Shown piece by piece: positions 1 to 8,571 of a DNA stretch of 64,000 nucleotides; position 1 is the stretch's first letter; every line of letters starts with the position of its first letter. A program made the translations under genes and the position numbers. Source of the DNA: Myxococcota bacterium (GTDB lineage: Bacteria; Myxococcota_A; UBA9160; UBA6930); contig OZ245015.1 of the NCBI GenBank assembly GCA_965223705.1, positions 3,552,001 through 3,616,000 of the forward strand, read 5' to 3'. The notes beneath the pieces were generated by a model. The model made no database searches and had not been told where the DNA came from. It was given only the letters and a program-made list of their open reading frames with translations.

Positions 1-173
1 GCGATCGGATCCACCGGACGCCCGAGACTTGTGGCGAGCTGGTCGAGACCCGCCGCGTCGCGGTCGACGAGCGTAAGCCCCACGGGCCGGGCGGCCAAAA
101 GCGATGCCGTTTCGCGGCCGATACCGCTCGCAGCGCCGGTGAGCAGGATTCGCGGTGTGTTCAATTCGCCCAT
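1..173 (-). CDS. SDR family oxidoreductase, N-terminal part (runs off the window)
   Basis: ATG at 173 reads MGELNTPRILLTGAASGIGRETA, with the SDR TGxxxGIG Rossmann motif. Overlaps the stop of the upstream diiron gene. Confidence 0.8.
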   Translation of the reverse strand, partial: MGELNTPRILLTGAASGIGRETASLLAARPVGLTLVDRDAAGLDQLATSLGRPVDPI

Positions 174-841
174 TCGGTGTTGTCCTCTTCGTTGGGATCC
201 GGAAGGTCGAGGAAGACCTGGCGGTAGAGGCGCGCGAAGCGGCGCGCGCAGTGAAGAATCCACAGCTGATCTCGCTCGTCGCGAACCCGGTCCATCAGCG
301 TTTCGAAGAACGCCACGTGGTCCTGGTCGAGCCCGCCGTGGCTCCGGAGATAGCGGGTCGCTTTTTCGGGGAGACCGAGTACTTCGCCGGCGCGGTCGGC
401 CGCGTGGTCGGCGCCCGCGACGCTGGCACTTTCGAGCACATGCACCATGCCGAAGAAACCGATGGGGTTCCGACGCGTCACCACGTCGTAGGCGTAGGCG
501 ACCATCACCTCGACGGAGAACGGTGCGGTGCCTGCGCGAACCCGTTCGGGATCGCCGCCGCTTGCTGCGATGTCGGAAAGAATCCACTCATCGTGCCCGA
601 TCTCTTCGTCGATGTAGGTCGCAAGAGGTTCGAGAAGCCACGCGTGTCGATCGGCGAGTGCCGCTCCCGTCGCCATCAACAGCGGTACGGTGTGACGGAC
701 GTGGTGATAAGCGCTCTCGAGGAAAGCGAGGTAGCCCTCCCGGGTGAGCTCACCGGCCAGGGCTTGGCGCACGAACGGAACCTGGAAGAGGCGTTCGTGG
801 TCCGCTTTGGTTTCGCTTACGAGCTGACGGTAAAAGCCCAT
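161..841 (-). CDS. TenA/PqqC-like iron-containing redox enzyme (heme-oxygenase-like diiron family)
   Basis: MGFYRQL...AYHHVRHTVPLL...YIDEEIGHDEWIL...GMVHVLE...YLRSHGGLDQDH carries the Glu/His ligand pattern of HO-like diiron proteins. Start taken at ATG 841. Confidence 0.85.
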   Translation of the reverse strand: MGFYRQLVSETKADHERLFQVPFVRQALAGELTREGYLAFLESAYHHVRHTVPLLMATGAALADRHAWLLEPLATYIDEEIGHDEWILSDIAASGGDPERVRAGTAPFSVEVMVAYAYDVVTRRNPIGFFGMVHVLESASVAGADHAADRAGEVLGLPEKATRYLRSHGGLDQDHVAFFETLMDRVRDERDQLWILHCARRFARLYRQVFLDLPDPNEEDNTEWAN

Positions 842-2313
842 GTCTCTCTCTCCGGGTTTTGCAAAAGTTGGGTGAAGTGAGCCGCCAGGCCTTTCGACGC
901 GCTCAGGCGGTCGACGACCCCCGTCGCGGAATCTCCGAGGTCGTCGAGCAGCGACGCGTTCCGCGAAACGATGCAGCCCTCGATTTGCGCGTAGTCCGGG
1001 AGCTTTTGGTTGGTTCGCTCCACGAAGGCTCCAATGCCCTCTTGCAGACCGGGCATCACCAGTACGGCCGAGGGACGTCGGGCTCCGTCGCCGTAGACGA
1101 GCGCACGAGCCACCGCGGGGTGCGCCGACAGCTCGCCCTCGATCCATTCGGGACTGACGTTTCTGCCGAGAGATGTGATCAGGACGTTTCGCAGGCGGCC
1201 CGTCACGCTGAGGAAGCCGTCCGCGTCAAGCTCTCCGAGATCGCCGGTGCGAAACTCGTCGGCGGCGGACATCTCGAGTCCCTCGTGTGTGAGGTAGCCT
1301 AAGTGGTGCGGCCCTGTGACGACGATCTCCGAGTCGTCTGCGATGCGCGCAGAAAGATGGGGAAGCACGCGACCGCAGCTACCGGCGCGAGCGTTCCCCG
1401 GCGTATTGAGAGCCACCACCGAGCCGAGTTCGGACAGGCCATAGCCCTCGAAGGCGGGTATGCGAGCTTCTTCGGCTTCCCGCAACAACGCAGCGCCTAC
1501 GTGCGCTCCGCCGACTCCGACGAAGCGGAGTGTGTCGACGGGCTCGGTCGCTTTCGCGACAAGCGCCTTCAGGATCTCGGGTACGACGATGGCGGAGCTC
1601 GCTCGATGCTGGCGCAGGCTCGCCCAACAATGCGTGGGATCGAACTCGACCGCCCCGCGCACTCCGACTTCCGCGAGTTGCGGAACCACGACCTGACTCC
1701 CGGCGTAGAGCGCGCGCCAAACACCGGCGATGTTCTCCAGGAGAATCGAGAGTGGCAGACAGCAGACGTGGGAGTCGCTTGTCAGACTCTGCGTCGCTGC
1801 GGCAAGGCCGCTTGCGACCACCTCGAGATGGGCGTTTGAAAGGCATACACCCTTCGGCGTACCCGTAGTGCCGGACGTGAAGGTGATCTTTCCGGTTCGA
1901 CCGAGTTCCCGACAGGGCGCACCCGGCGCGCGCAACAGTCGGTGGGAGGGTCCGAGTTCGCCATCCGTCGAGAAGCCTCTCTCGAGCCATCCCTCTGCCT
2001 GGTCTGTCGCGATCGCGTCGATTCCGGCGAGCACCACCACGTGCCCGAGCTGGGCCTCGGTAAAGAAGGTCGGAAGGGGCACCACCGGGATCCCGGAGAC
2101 CGCCGCCGCCAGGTCGAGCAAGACCCAATCGATGCTGTTGTCGGCGTGGAGACCCAGCACCCGACAGCCGCTGCGGTCGAGGCGCTGCGAGAGCTTACGC
2201 AGTTGATCGGCTAGCCCCGCATAAAGGACGGTCCGCCCGCGCCCGCTGTCGAGAGCGACCGCCCGGGGATTCCGTGCGCCGTGCGCTTGAATGGCGGCGA
2301 CGAGTTTCCTCAT
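817..2313 (-). CDS. AMP-binding (adenylate-forming) acyl-CoA synthetase-like ligase
   Basis: FTSGTTGTPKG P-loop, EGYGLSE, FRTGDLG, GRNVSPEWIE. ATG at 2313 overlaps the stop of the upstream gene. Confidence 0.9.
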   Translation of the reverse strand: MRKLVAAIQAHGARNPRAVALDSGRGRTVLYAGLADQLRKLSQRLDRSGCRVLGLHADNSIDWVLLDLAAAVSGIPVVPLPTFFTEAQLGHVVVLAGIDAIATDQAEGWLERGFSTDGELGPSHRLLRAPGAPCRELGRTGKITFTSGTTGTPKGVCLSNAHLEVVASGLAAATQSLTSDSHVCCLPLSILLENIAGVWRALYAGSQVVVPQLAEVGVRGAVEFDPTHCWASLRQHRASSAIVVPEILKALVAKATEPVDTLRFVGVGGAHVGAALLREAEEARIPAFEGYGLSELGSVVALNTPGNARAGSCGRVLPHLSARIADDSEIVVTGPHHLGYLTHEGLEMSAADEFRTGDLGELDADGFLSVTGRLRNVLITSLGRNVSPEWIEGELSAHPAVARALVYGDGARRPSAVLVMPGLQEGIGAFVERTNQKLPDYAQIEGCIVSRNASLLDDLGDSATGVVDRLSASKGLAAHFTQLLQNPERETWAFTVSS

Positions 2314-2981
2314 CGCGCTTCCAAGACCCGAGTTTCGGCGCGAGGGCCGCAGCGGCGGGGCGCCCCGACTTCGCGAAGCGCGCCCTGGGCTTGGCCGAGG
2401 CTCACTGCGATCACTCTGGGGTCGCTCTGGTAGTAACGACCCCACCTCGCCGCTTCGTCGGAAGTGAGACAATCGGGGGTGGCGACCGCGAGCTCCGATC
2501 CCAGCAGTCCGAGACACGCCAGGTGGTGACGCACGACTCGAGTAGCGGTGAAGATTCCCCAGCGAACCCCTCGCGCTTCGAGCCACGGGACGCAGAGCAG
2601 CGCGATCCAACGCGCCGCGCGGGAGTTCGTCGCCGCCAGCGCGCCGACCTCGGCGACGTGCGTGCGACAGACCGGGCCCGCGCAGAGTCTGGCGAGCTCC
2701 GACTCCACCGCCCCGGACAGATACTTTTCTGCCAAGAGAGGGCCGTCGGCGGCGAACGAAACTCCCGCCGTCGCGAGAGGCTTTTCCTCTGCGTCGACGA
2801 GCGCGATCAAATTTCGAGGGACGCGGTAGTCGGCCACCCCGTGTGTCGCTTGGAAGCGCTCGCGAACGAAGGAAGAGCAGGCCCCCCGCAAAGGATCGCC
2901 GGGGGGGACCCAGCGGACTCGAGGTAGCGTGCGCGCAACGTGTTCGCCCTCGTGAGCCAGGGCCAGGCCTCGTTTCAGCAT
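2310..2981 (-). CDS. 'Thermostable hemolysin' family protein (probably an acyltransferase-like fold; not evidence of a toxin)
   Basis: FVRERF...HG, LLAEKYL..VE, VAEVGALA, WGIFTAT, WGRYYQSDPRV are family motifs, and the position upstream of AMP-ligase/TenA/SDR is typical. Confidence 0.8.
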   Translation of the reverse strand: MLKRGLALAHEGEHVARTLPRVRWVPPGDPLRGACSSFVRERFQATHGVADYRVPRNLIALVDAEEKPLATAGVSFAADGPLLAEKYLSGAVESELARLCAGPVCRTHVAEVGALAATNSRAARWIALLCVPWLEARGVRWGIFTATRVVRHHLACLGLLGSELAVATPDCLTSDEAARWGRYYQSDPRVIAVSLGQAQGALREVGAPRRCGPRAETRVLEAR

Positions 2982-3003
2982 GCCCAGATCTTCGTACACG
3001 CGA

Positions 3004-3042
3004 ATGAGGCGGGGCTTAAGCCCGTATGAACGCGACATGAAG
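3004..3042 (-). promoter_or_regulatory. Four hexamers at exact 11-bp period (minus strand CTTCAT, GTTCAT, CTTAAG, CCTCAT): putative OmpR/PhoB-family binding site
   Basis: Plus-strand hexamers start at 3004, 3015, 3026 and 3037, just upstream of the 2981 start codon. Confidence 0.65.
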
Positions 3043-3087
3043 TCCGGAAAGCCGCTCGGGAAAGGGCGCTTGCCTCGATTCTTGCCT

Positions 3088-3561
3088 TCAGTCTGCTGTC
3101 AGTCGAAGCGTCCGACCGCCCTCGGTGACCTTGAGGACCAGGAGATCGGCTGGTGGAGGTTCCGTCTCGGGATCGATCCATGCGTAGCCGAGCGGGGTGC
3201 CCCGGCCCCGCAACCGCACGTAGAGCGCCTCGACATCCTCGACTTCCTCCGGCGGTAGAGCCCCGCCTTGGAGTGCCTGCTCGATCCAGTGAGCGGAAAG
3301 ACGCCTCTCGCTCATCTTCAACACGCGTCGCCGAAAACGATCGTGACTCTCACTCCCGGGAGGAAAGTCGATGCACTGGACACTTCCGGCGCCGATCGAT
3401 GCGCGTTTTCCGAGGAAGAGTCTGCGGAGCGTCGATAGCTCGATCGAGGTGCCGTGAGTCCAGCTCGCCGGGGCGAGGACGATCAGCTCTCGCGCGGCCG
3501 AAGCGGCTTCCGCGGCGGCGAGCGAGAGGGTCAATAGTGCGGCGGCGAGGCGCGAACTCAA
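3088..3561 (-). CDS. Small exported protein resembling a periplasmic-binding-protein fragment (porin-associated)
   Basis: Signal peptide (LAAALLTLSLAAAEAASA), LRRLFLGK...W and a GxxGY-like C-terminal motif. Directly downstream of the porin. Confidence 0.65.
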   Translation of the reverse strand: MSSRLAAALLTLSLAAAEAASAARELIVLAPASWTHGTSIELSTLRRLFLGKRASIGAGSVQCIDFPPGSESHDRFRRRVLKMSERRLSAHWIEQALQGGALPPEEVEDVEALYVRLRGRGTPLGYAWIDPETEPPPADLLVLKVTEGGRTLRLTAD

Positions 3562-3577
3562 GAATCGCCCAACCGGC

Positions 3578-4657
3578 TTAGAAGAAGAGTCCGAACCACA
3601 GCGAGAAGCTCGAAAAGTCAGACTCCAAGCTGTGGCGGAGATCGTGCCGCGCGAACTCCGCCTTGAGACGGGTCCGCGCCGTGGGCCAGTACGCGACCGT
3701 CACGCGATGCACCCACTGCTCAGCAGCCGGACCGAGCTCTTCGTCATCGGCGCGCTCCAAGCGGTAATTCAGGTAGAGGTCCTCGAGGACATTCCAGCGG
3801 ATCTTGCCGTATCCCGCGTGTCGGTAGCGATCGCCGAGTGACGAACGCTGGGTCATGAACTCCCCGCGAAGGGTGAACCGGTAAGGAAGCGCGAGCTCTC
3901 CGTAGACGATCGCCGAGATCTCGCGTCGTCCGAGGCGCTCTTGGTTCTTCTGGGTATAGACCGAGAAACCCAGGAACCCGAGCTGATCGATCTCCGCGCG
4001 GAGGTCCCCTCCCCCGGTGAGACCTTCCGCCTTTTCCGCATCAAAAGCTTCCGAGCCATACCCGGCGAATACCGAGTAGCTGGTCTCGATCTCGAGGCCG
4101 CGGGTGCGGAAGAGCCTTCCGCCGTGGATTTGTGCACCCAGCTGCTGCTCGGGTACATAGCGTCGCTCCTCGAACAACGGCGGCGCCACCGTATCCGTAG
4201 CGATCGTCCAATGAACGGGCGTCCAATAACCGAAGGGAGTCGAAAACGACCCGAGCCGAACATGCATGCCGTCCCCGCGTCCATAATCGAGATACAGCTG
4301 TTCAATCTCGAGCTCGCTCTCGCGCTCGCGGGTAGCGACCTCGGGCTGGTACTCGACCTCGCTCTCGAGGAAGAGCTGCCAGTGCGAAGCAAAGCGTAGA
4401 TCGAGGAAGCCGTTCATGTGGTTGAGCGACACATGGCTCGCGTCTCCGCTTCGGGAGCTGTCCTGAAACGAGGCGTCGAGCCATCCGCCGACGTGCAGCC
4501 GGTCGATATCGAGACCCGCGAATCGGACGTCCTCCGCGAGGAGCATCCCAAAGGGCGGGCGATCCGCGGCGCGAGCTGGCGAGCCGCCGCCGAGGAGCAA
4601 CCCTATCAGCGCGAGCCAGGCTAAGGTTCGCGGCGGATCGCGATAGATACGACACAT
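3578..4657 (-). CDS. Outer-membrane beta-barrel / porin-like protein
   Basis: Signal peptide LAWLALIGLLLGGGSPARA, IEQLYLDY, GSFSTPFG, alternating hydrophobic strands and terminal Phe (WFGLFF). Start uncertain (4657, 4666 or 4684). Confidence 0.75.
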   Translation of the reverse strand: MCRIYRDPPRTLAWLALIGLLLGGGSPARAADRPPFGMLLAEDVRFAGLDIDRLHVGGWLDASFQDSSRSGDASHVSLNHMNGFLDLRFASHWQLFLESEVEYQPEVATRERESELEIEQLYLDYGRGDGMHVRLGSFSTPFGYWTPVHWTIATDTVAPPLFEERRYVPEQQLGAQIHGGRLFRTRGLEIETSYSVFAGYGSEAFDAEKAEGLTGGGDLRAEIDQLGFLGFSVYTQKNQERLGRREISAIVYGELALPYRFTLRGEFMTQRSSLGDRYRHAGYGKIRWNVLEDLYLNYRLERADDEELGPAAEQWVHRVTVAYWPTARTRLKAEFARHDLRHSLESDFSSFSLWFGLFF

Positions 4658-6050
4658 GGGTCCCATCTCAATCGGCAGCCGCATGGCACTGCGCTACGGC
4701 GCGGCCCTGGCCTTTTCCCTGTTGCTCTTCGCCGCCCTCGTCGAGGCGCAGGTCGAACGCCGGGTGAACCGCCAGGCCGAGTTCCTGTTGCGTCTGCAGC
4801 TGGTCGATTTGGTCGACGATTTCGACGGCCACACCCGAAGTGAAGGTGGCGCTCATGCGCGCGCTTGGCTTTCCGGACATGCGGGTCTCCTGGCGTCGAA
4901 TGCGGACCCCCAAATCGGACTGGGCATTGAGTTGTTGGACCGCGACGGCCAAAGCCTCGAAAGCTTTGGGAGCCTTGTCGGACATCGTCTGCCCCTCGAC
5001 CACAGGTTGCGAGGCGCCGAGCTCGAGCGCAGTGTCCGCGCCGCCAACCTCGGCGGACGCTACGCGTACCTCGTGGCCACAGCGCCTGTGGAGGACGGCT
5101 TCCTGCGCGTGGCGGTCGACACGGAACAGTTCGCGGACAATGTTCGTGAGATCCGCCGGATCTTCCTGGTCTCGATTCCCATCGTGCTTGCGATCAGCGC
5201 TTTCGGAGGCTGGTTTCTTTCCCGTGGCGCCCTGAAACCAATTGCCGAGATCAATCGCACCGCGCGGCGAATCAGCGCATCGAACATCGATACCCGGATT
5301 CCGACATCGGGCAGCGGCGACGAGCTCGATCAGCTCGTGGGAACCCTCAATGACATGATCGCCCGTATCCGAGACGGGATGCAGCGGATTGAGCGCTTCA
5401 GCGCGAACGCAGCTCACGAGTTGCGTTCGCCGCTGCACCGCATCGCCCAGCAGATCGAGGGGTTGTTGTCCGACCCGACGCGATCGGAAGCCGAACGCCA
5501 ATCCTTCGAGACCATGGCCGAGAGTGTCGCGATCATGACCCGGGAGATCGAAGCGCTTCTGCAGCTCTCTCGCGTAGAGCAGGGGATTCCGGAGGGACGG
5601 AGACGGCGGGTCGATCTGGGACAGACGCTCTCCCTCGTGGGCGAATTCTTCCGACCGGACGCCGAAGCCCGCGGCCTCGAGTTGTCCACCATCGTGGCAG
5701 ACGGTTGCTTCGTCCACGGGGAGGAGACCTGGCTGCGGCAGTTGGCCTCGAATCTCGTCGGCAACGCCATCAAGTACACCCCGGCCGGTGGTCGGGTCGA
5801 GATCCGAGCCGCCCGAGAGGCGGGGGACGTGATCCTCGAGGTGACCGACTCGGGTCCGGGCGTCCCGATCGAGCGCCGGCAGGGGATCTTCGAGCGCTTC
5901 GAGCGAGGCACCGACTCGGGGGAGCCGGGCTTCGGCCTGGGTCTCCCCATCGCACGGGAAATTGTGAGAGCTCACGGTGGGACCATCTCCGTGTCGGATG
6001 CACCGGGAGGCGGCTCCCGCTTCTCGGTAAGACTAGCCGCCGCGGACTGA
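4656..6050 (+). CDS. HAMP-domain sensor histidine kinase (CusS/heavy-metal-sensor-like)
   Basis: Two TM helices, HAMP domain, H-box AHELRSPL, N-box NLVGNAIKYT, DSGPGV, GFGLGL. Confidence 0.95.
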   Translation: MGPISIGSRMALRYGAALAFSLLLFAALVEAQVERRVNRQAEFLLRLQLVDLVDDFDGHTRSEGGAHARAWLSGHAGLLASNADPQIGLGIELLDRDGQSLESFGSLVGHRLPLDHRLRGAELERSVRAANLGGRYAYLVATAPVEDGFLRVAVDTEQFADNVREIRRIFLVSIPIVLAISAFGGWFLSRGALKPIAEINRTARRISASNIDTRIPTSGSGDELDQLVGTLNDMIARIRDGMQRIERFSANAAHELRSPLHRIAQQIEGLLSDPTRSEAERQSFETMAESVAIMTREIEALLQLSRVEQGIPEGRRRRVDLGQTLSLVGEFFRPDAEARGLELSTIVADGCFVHGEETWLRQLASNLVGNAIKYTPAGGRVEIRAAREAGDVILEVTDSGPGVPIERRQGIFERFERGTDSGEPGFGLGLPIAREIVRAHGGTISVSDAPGGGSRFSVRLAAAD

Positions 6051-6065
6051 GAGAGCGTTTTCGAC

Positions 6066-6082
6066 GTTCATCGGAGCTTCAT
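6066..6082 (+). promoter_or_regulatory. GTTCAT-N5-CTTCAT direct repeat upstream of the response regulator (putative autoregulatory box)
   Basis: Hexamers at 6066 and 6077, 11-bp period, same motif as at 3004-3042. Confidence 0.6.
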
Positions 6083-6099
6083 CTAGATTCGCCTGCGGC

Positions 6100-6789
6100 A
6101 TGCACGTACTGCTGGTAGAGGATGACGCCGAAACGCGGGAGTACGTGGCCGGCGGTCTCCGCGAACGCGGCTTCGTGGTCGACACCGCGGACCGTGGTGA
6201 TTCCGGTCTCGAGATGATCACGACCGGAGCTTACGACGTGGTCGTCCTCGACGTCCGACTGCCGGGGTTCGACGGCTTCGAGGTGATGCGCCGGGTCCGG
6301 AGCGCCGGCGTCGGGACGCCGGTCCTGTTTCTCTCCGCACAGGGCGAGGTCCAGCACCGGATCGAGGGGCTCAACCTCGGCGCGGATGACTATCTCACCA
6401 AGCCCTTCGCGATGGCCGAGTTGCTGGCCCGGATCCGTGCGATCGCGCGGCGTTCGTTACCAGACGGCGAAAAGGAGAACCTCGTCGTAGCGGACCTGAC
6501 CCTCGATCTAGAGGGGCGCTCGGCGCGTCGGGGGGACGCTCGCGTCGATCTCACCCAAAAAGAATTTCAGCTTCTCGAGTACCTGCTTCGACACCGCGGA
6601 CAGGCCGTCTCGCGCACCATGATCATCGAGAGCATCTGGGGCTACGGCTTCGACACGTACTCGAACGTGATCGATGTGCACATCAACAACCTCCGCAAGA
6701 AGATCGACCGCGACTTCGAGCCGAAGCTGATCCACACCCTCAAGGGCTTCGGTTACGTGCTGGAGGATCGTCGGCCCGGCGCCGGCTAG
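6100..6789 (+). CDS. OmpR-family DNA-binding response regulator
   Basis: LLVEDD, LDVRLPGFDG, GADDYLTKPF, C-terminal wHTH (NVIDVHINNLRKKI...GFGY). Confidence 0.95.
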   Translation: MHVLLVEDDAETREYVAGGLRERGFVVDTADRGDSGLEMITTGAYDVVVLDVRLPGFDGFEVMRRVRSAGVGTPVLFLSAQGEVQHRIEGLNLGADDYLTKPFAMAELLARIRAIARRSLPDGEKENLVVADLTLDLEGRSARRGDARVDLTQKEFQLLEYLLRHRGQAVSRTMIIESIWGYGFDTYSNVIDVHINNLRKKIDRDFEPKLIHTLKGFGYVLEDRRPGAG

Positions 6790-8468
6790 CGGCCGGGGCG
6801 GGTCAGGCGATAGATCGCTGTCTCCTCGTCCGACACGAAGTAGACCGTGTCGTCGTCCACCGCGGCGACCCCCGTCGGCATGCCTACCGGCGGTAACGCA
6901 TCGGGAAGATCGAGGCCGATCGGCAGGTCTTCCGCCAATACCGTGTTTTCGCCGCTCGCCGGATCGATCGCCACGATTCGCCTCGCGCCCACTTCGGCCA
7001 CCGCGATGCGTCCGTCGGGAAAAACGTCGATCCCTTCGGGCTGGGCAAGGCCACGGGCCACGACTTCGCGCGTTCCCGCGACGAGATCGAGTCGGCTGAG
7101 CGTGCCGGCGGAGAGCTCACTCACGTAGAGCGAACCGTCGGAGTGGAGTGCGAGGCCCACCGGTCCCTGCAGGTCGCGGGCGACCACCTCGGGCTCGCTC
7201 GGGTTCCTGATGTCCACACGCACCACGGTTCCCGCGGCGAACTCCGCGACCAGGAGTCGGTTCGCATCCTCGAAGACCATGCCGTGCGGCGTGTCGAAAC
7301 CATCGAGGGTCTGCTCCTCGTCGCTCGCGACGTTGAAGACTTGCACCGAACCCGGAGCGGTGTCGCCGAAGCGCACTCCGGCCACGGCAAACCAATCCGA
7401 GCCCGCCGCCACGAAGTACGGAAAATGAATCGGCTGTTGGAACGCCCGCGCGAGTTCGGAGACCCCGTGCCCGGGAAGCTCCACGGCGCGAATGCTGAAC
7501 ACCTCGGGCACCAGGTTGTCGATCATGCTGAACACCTCGGGCACCACGAGCCGGTTGCGCTCGGAGTCGAAAGCGAGATCGCCGGGAACACTCAGGAGGC
7601 CCGCGAGATGAACCGTTTCTGCGCCGGTCGCGACGTCGATCTCGAGAATCGCGTTGTCGCTCGCGTTGGTGATGAACAAGCGATCCTTCGAGTCGAAGGC
7701 CAAGTTGTCGATCATCGCGGCGCCCTTCGAGACGACGGTTTTGGCACCGGTTTCTGGATGCACACGCACCATCTCACCGCGCGCGGTGTCGTTGACGTAG
7801 ATCTCGCCCCGGGAGTTCAAGTTCACCGCGGCGGGCACACCGAATCCGTCGGCGATGACCGTGACCTCGCCGCTCTCGACGTCGACCCGAGCCACCTTCC
7901 CTTTGAAGATCAGCGGACCGTAGAGATTCCCGTCGGCATCGAAATCGAACCCGTTGAGGCCACCGAAGCCTTGGGCCACGAGGCGCGCGGGCTTCTTCCC
8001 CTCGAGATCGATCTCGTAGAGCTCGTCGCCGAGGAAAACCGTGGTCGCGTAGAGGCGGCCGTCCGGGGCGAAGGCGAGGGAGTTAAAGCCCGGGTGCCCG
8101 GAAGCCAAGGTGACGATCTCGCCGTCTGGCCGCTGCGCGCGAACCTCGCCCGCAAAGAACGCCGTCCACACAAGGGTCCCGTCGGGACCGAACTCAAGAT
8201 CGTCGGCCTCACCGACCGGCGGCCCGACCCACGTGCTGACGTTCTTGGTTTTGAGATCGACCTCGTAAATCGCCTGCCCGAAGACGTCTCCGACGAAGAG
8301 TCGATCGTCCTTGTCGAAGGTGAGCCCGTGCACCCCGTGGAAGTGCGAGCCCGGCACCGCAGCTTCGCGTTGCCAATGGGTGTCGACGGCGCCGCCGCAA
8401 CCCGCGAGAAGAAGAGCGATCCCGAGTACCATTCCGATCGGTTTCCGATTGTCGCGATCGCCCTGCAT
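6786..8468 (-). CDS. Beta-propeller lipoprotein (SMP-30/gluconolactonase-like)
   Basis: Lipobox LLAGC and repeated propeller motifs (GLTFD, NGFDFD, PVGLAL, PEGIDV). Confidence 0.75.
   Translation of the reverse strand: MQGDRDNRKPIGMVLGIALLLAGCGGAVDTHWQREAAVPGSHFHGVHGLTFDKDDRLFVGDVFGQAIYEVDLKTKNVSTWVGPPVGEADDLEFGPDGTLVWTAFFAGEVRAQRPDGEIVTLASGHPGFNSLAFAPDGRLYATTVFLGDELYEIDLEGKKPARLVAQGFGGLNGFDFDADGNLYGPLIFKGKVARVDVESGEVTVIADGFGVPAAVNLNSRGEIYVNDTARGEMVRVHPETGAKTVVSKGAAMIDNLAFDSKDRLFITNASDNAILEIDVATGAETVHLAGLLSVPGDLAFDSERNRLVVPEVFSMIDNLVPEVFSIRAVELPGHGVSELARAFQQPIHFPYFVAAGSDWFAVAGVRFGDTAPGSVQVFNVASDEEQTLDGFDTPHGMVFEDANRLLVAEFAAGTVVRVDIRNPSEPEVVARDLQGPVGLALHSDGSLYVSELSAGTLSRLDLVAGTREVVARGLAQPEGIDVFPDGRIAVAEVGARRIVAIDPASGENTVLAEDLPIGLDLPDALPPVGMPTGVAAVDDDTVYFVSDEETAIYRLTRPGR
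7492..7546. repeat. 22-bp direct repeat (ATGCTGAACACCTCGGGCACCA) with 33-bp period inside the propeller gene
   Basis: Copies at 7492-7513 and 7525-7546, giving VPEVFS-MIDNL-VPEVFS in the protein. Confidence 0.9.
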
Positions 8469-8571
8469 TGCCCGACCTCCTGCATATCCGTTTGATTTCG
8501 GGGGGAACGAGCCGGTAGGCTACCTCGCGACGAGCCTCGGGCTTGAAAAATCTTCCAAGCGAAAGACCGCC

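Noticed and set aside
2310..2981. Hemolysin as a virulence toxin
   Set aside because: No signal peptide, and it is coupled to biosynthetic enzymes; the family name is historical.
4668..5975. Long antisense and alternative-frame ORFs here and throughout (e.g. 7143-8495, 20799-21938, 42592-43893, 52876-54171)
   Set aside because: Shadow ORFs expected in GC-rich DNA opposite well-supported genes, with no recognisable motifs.
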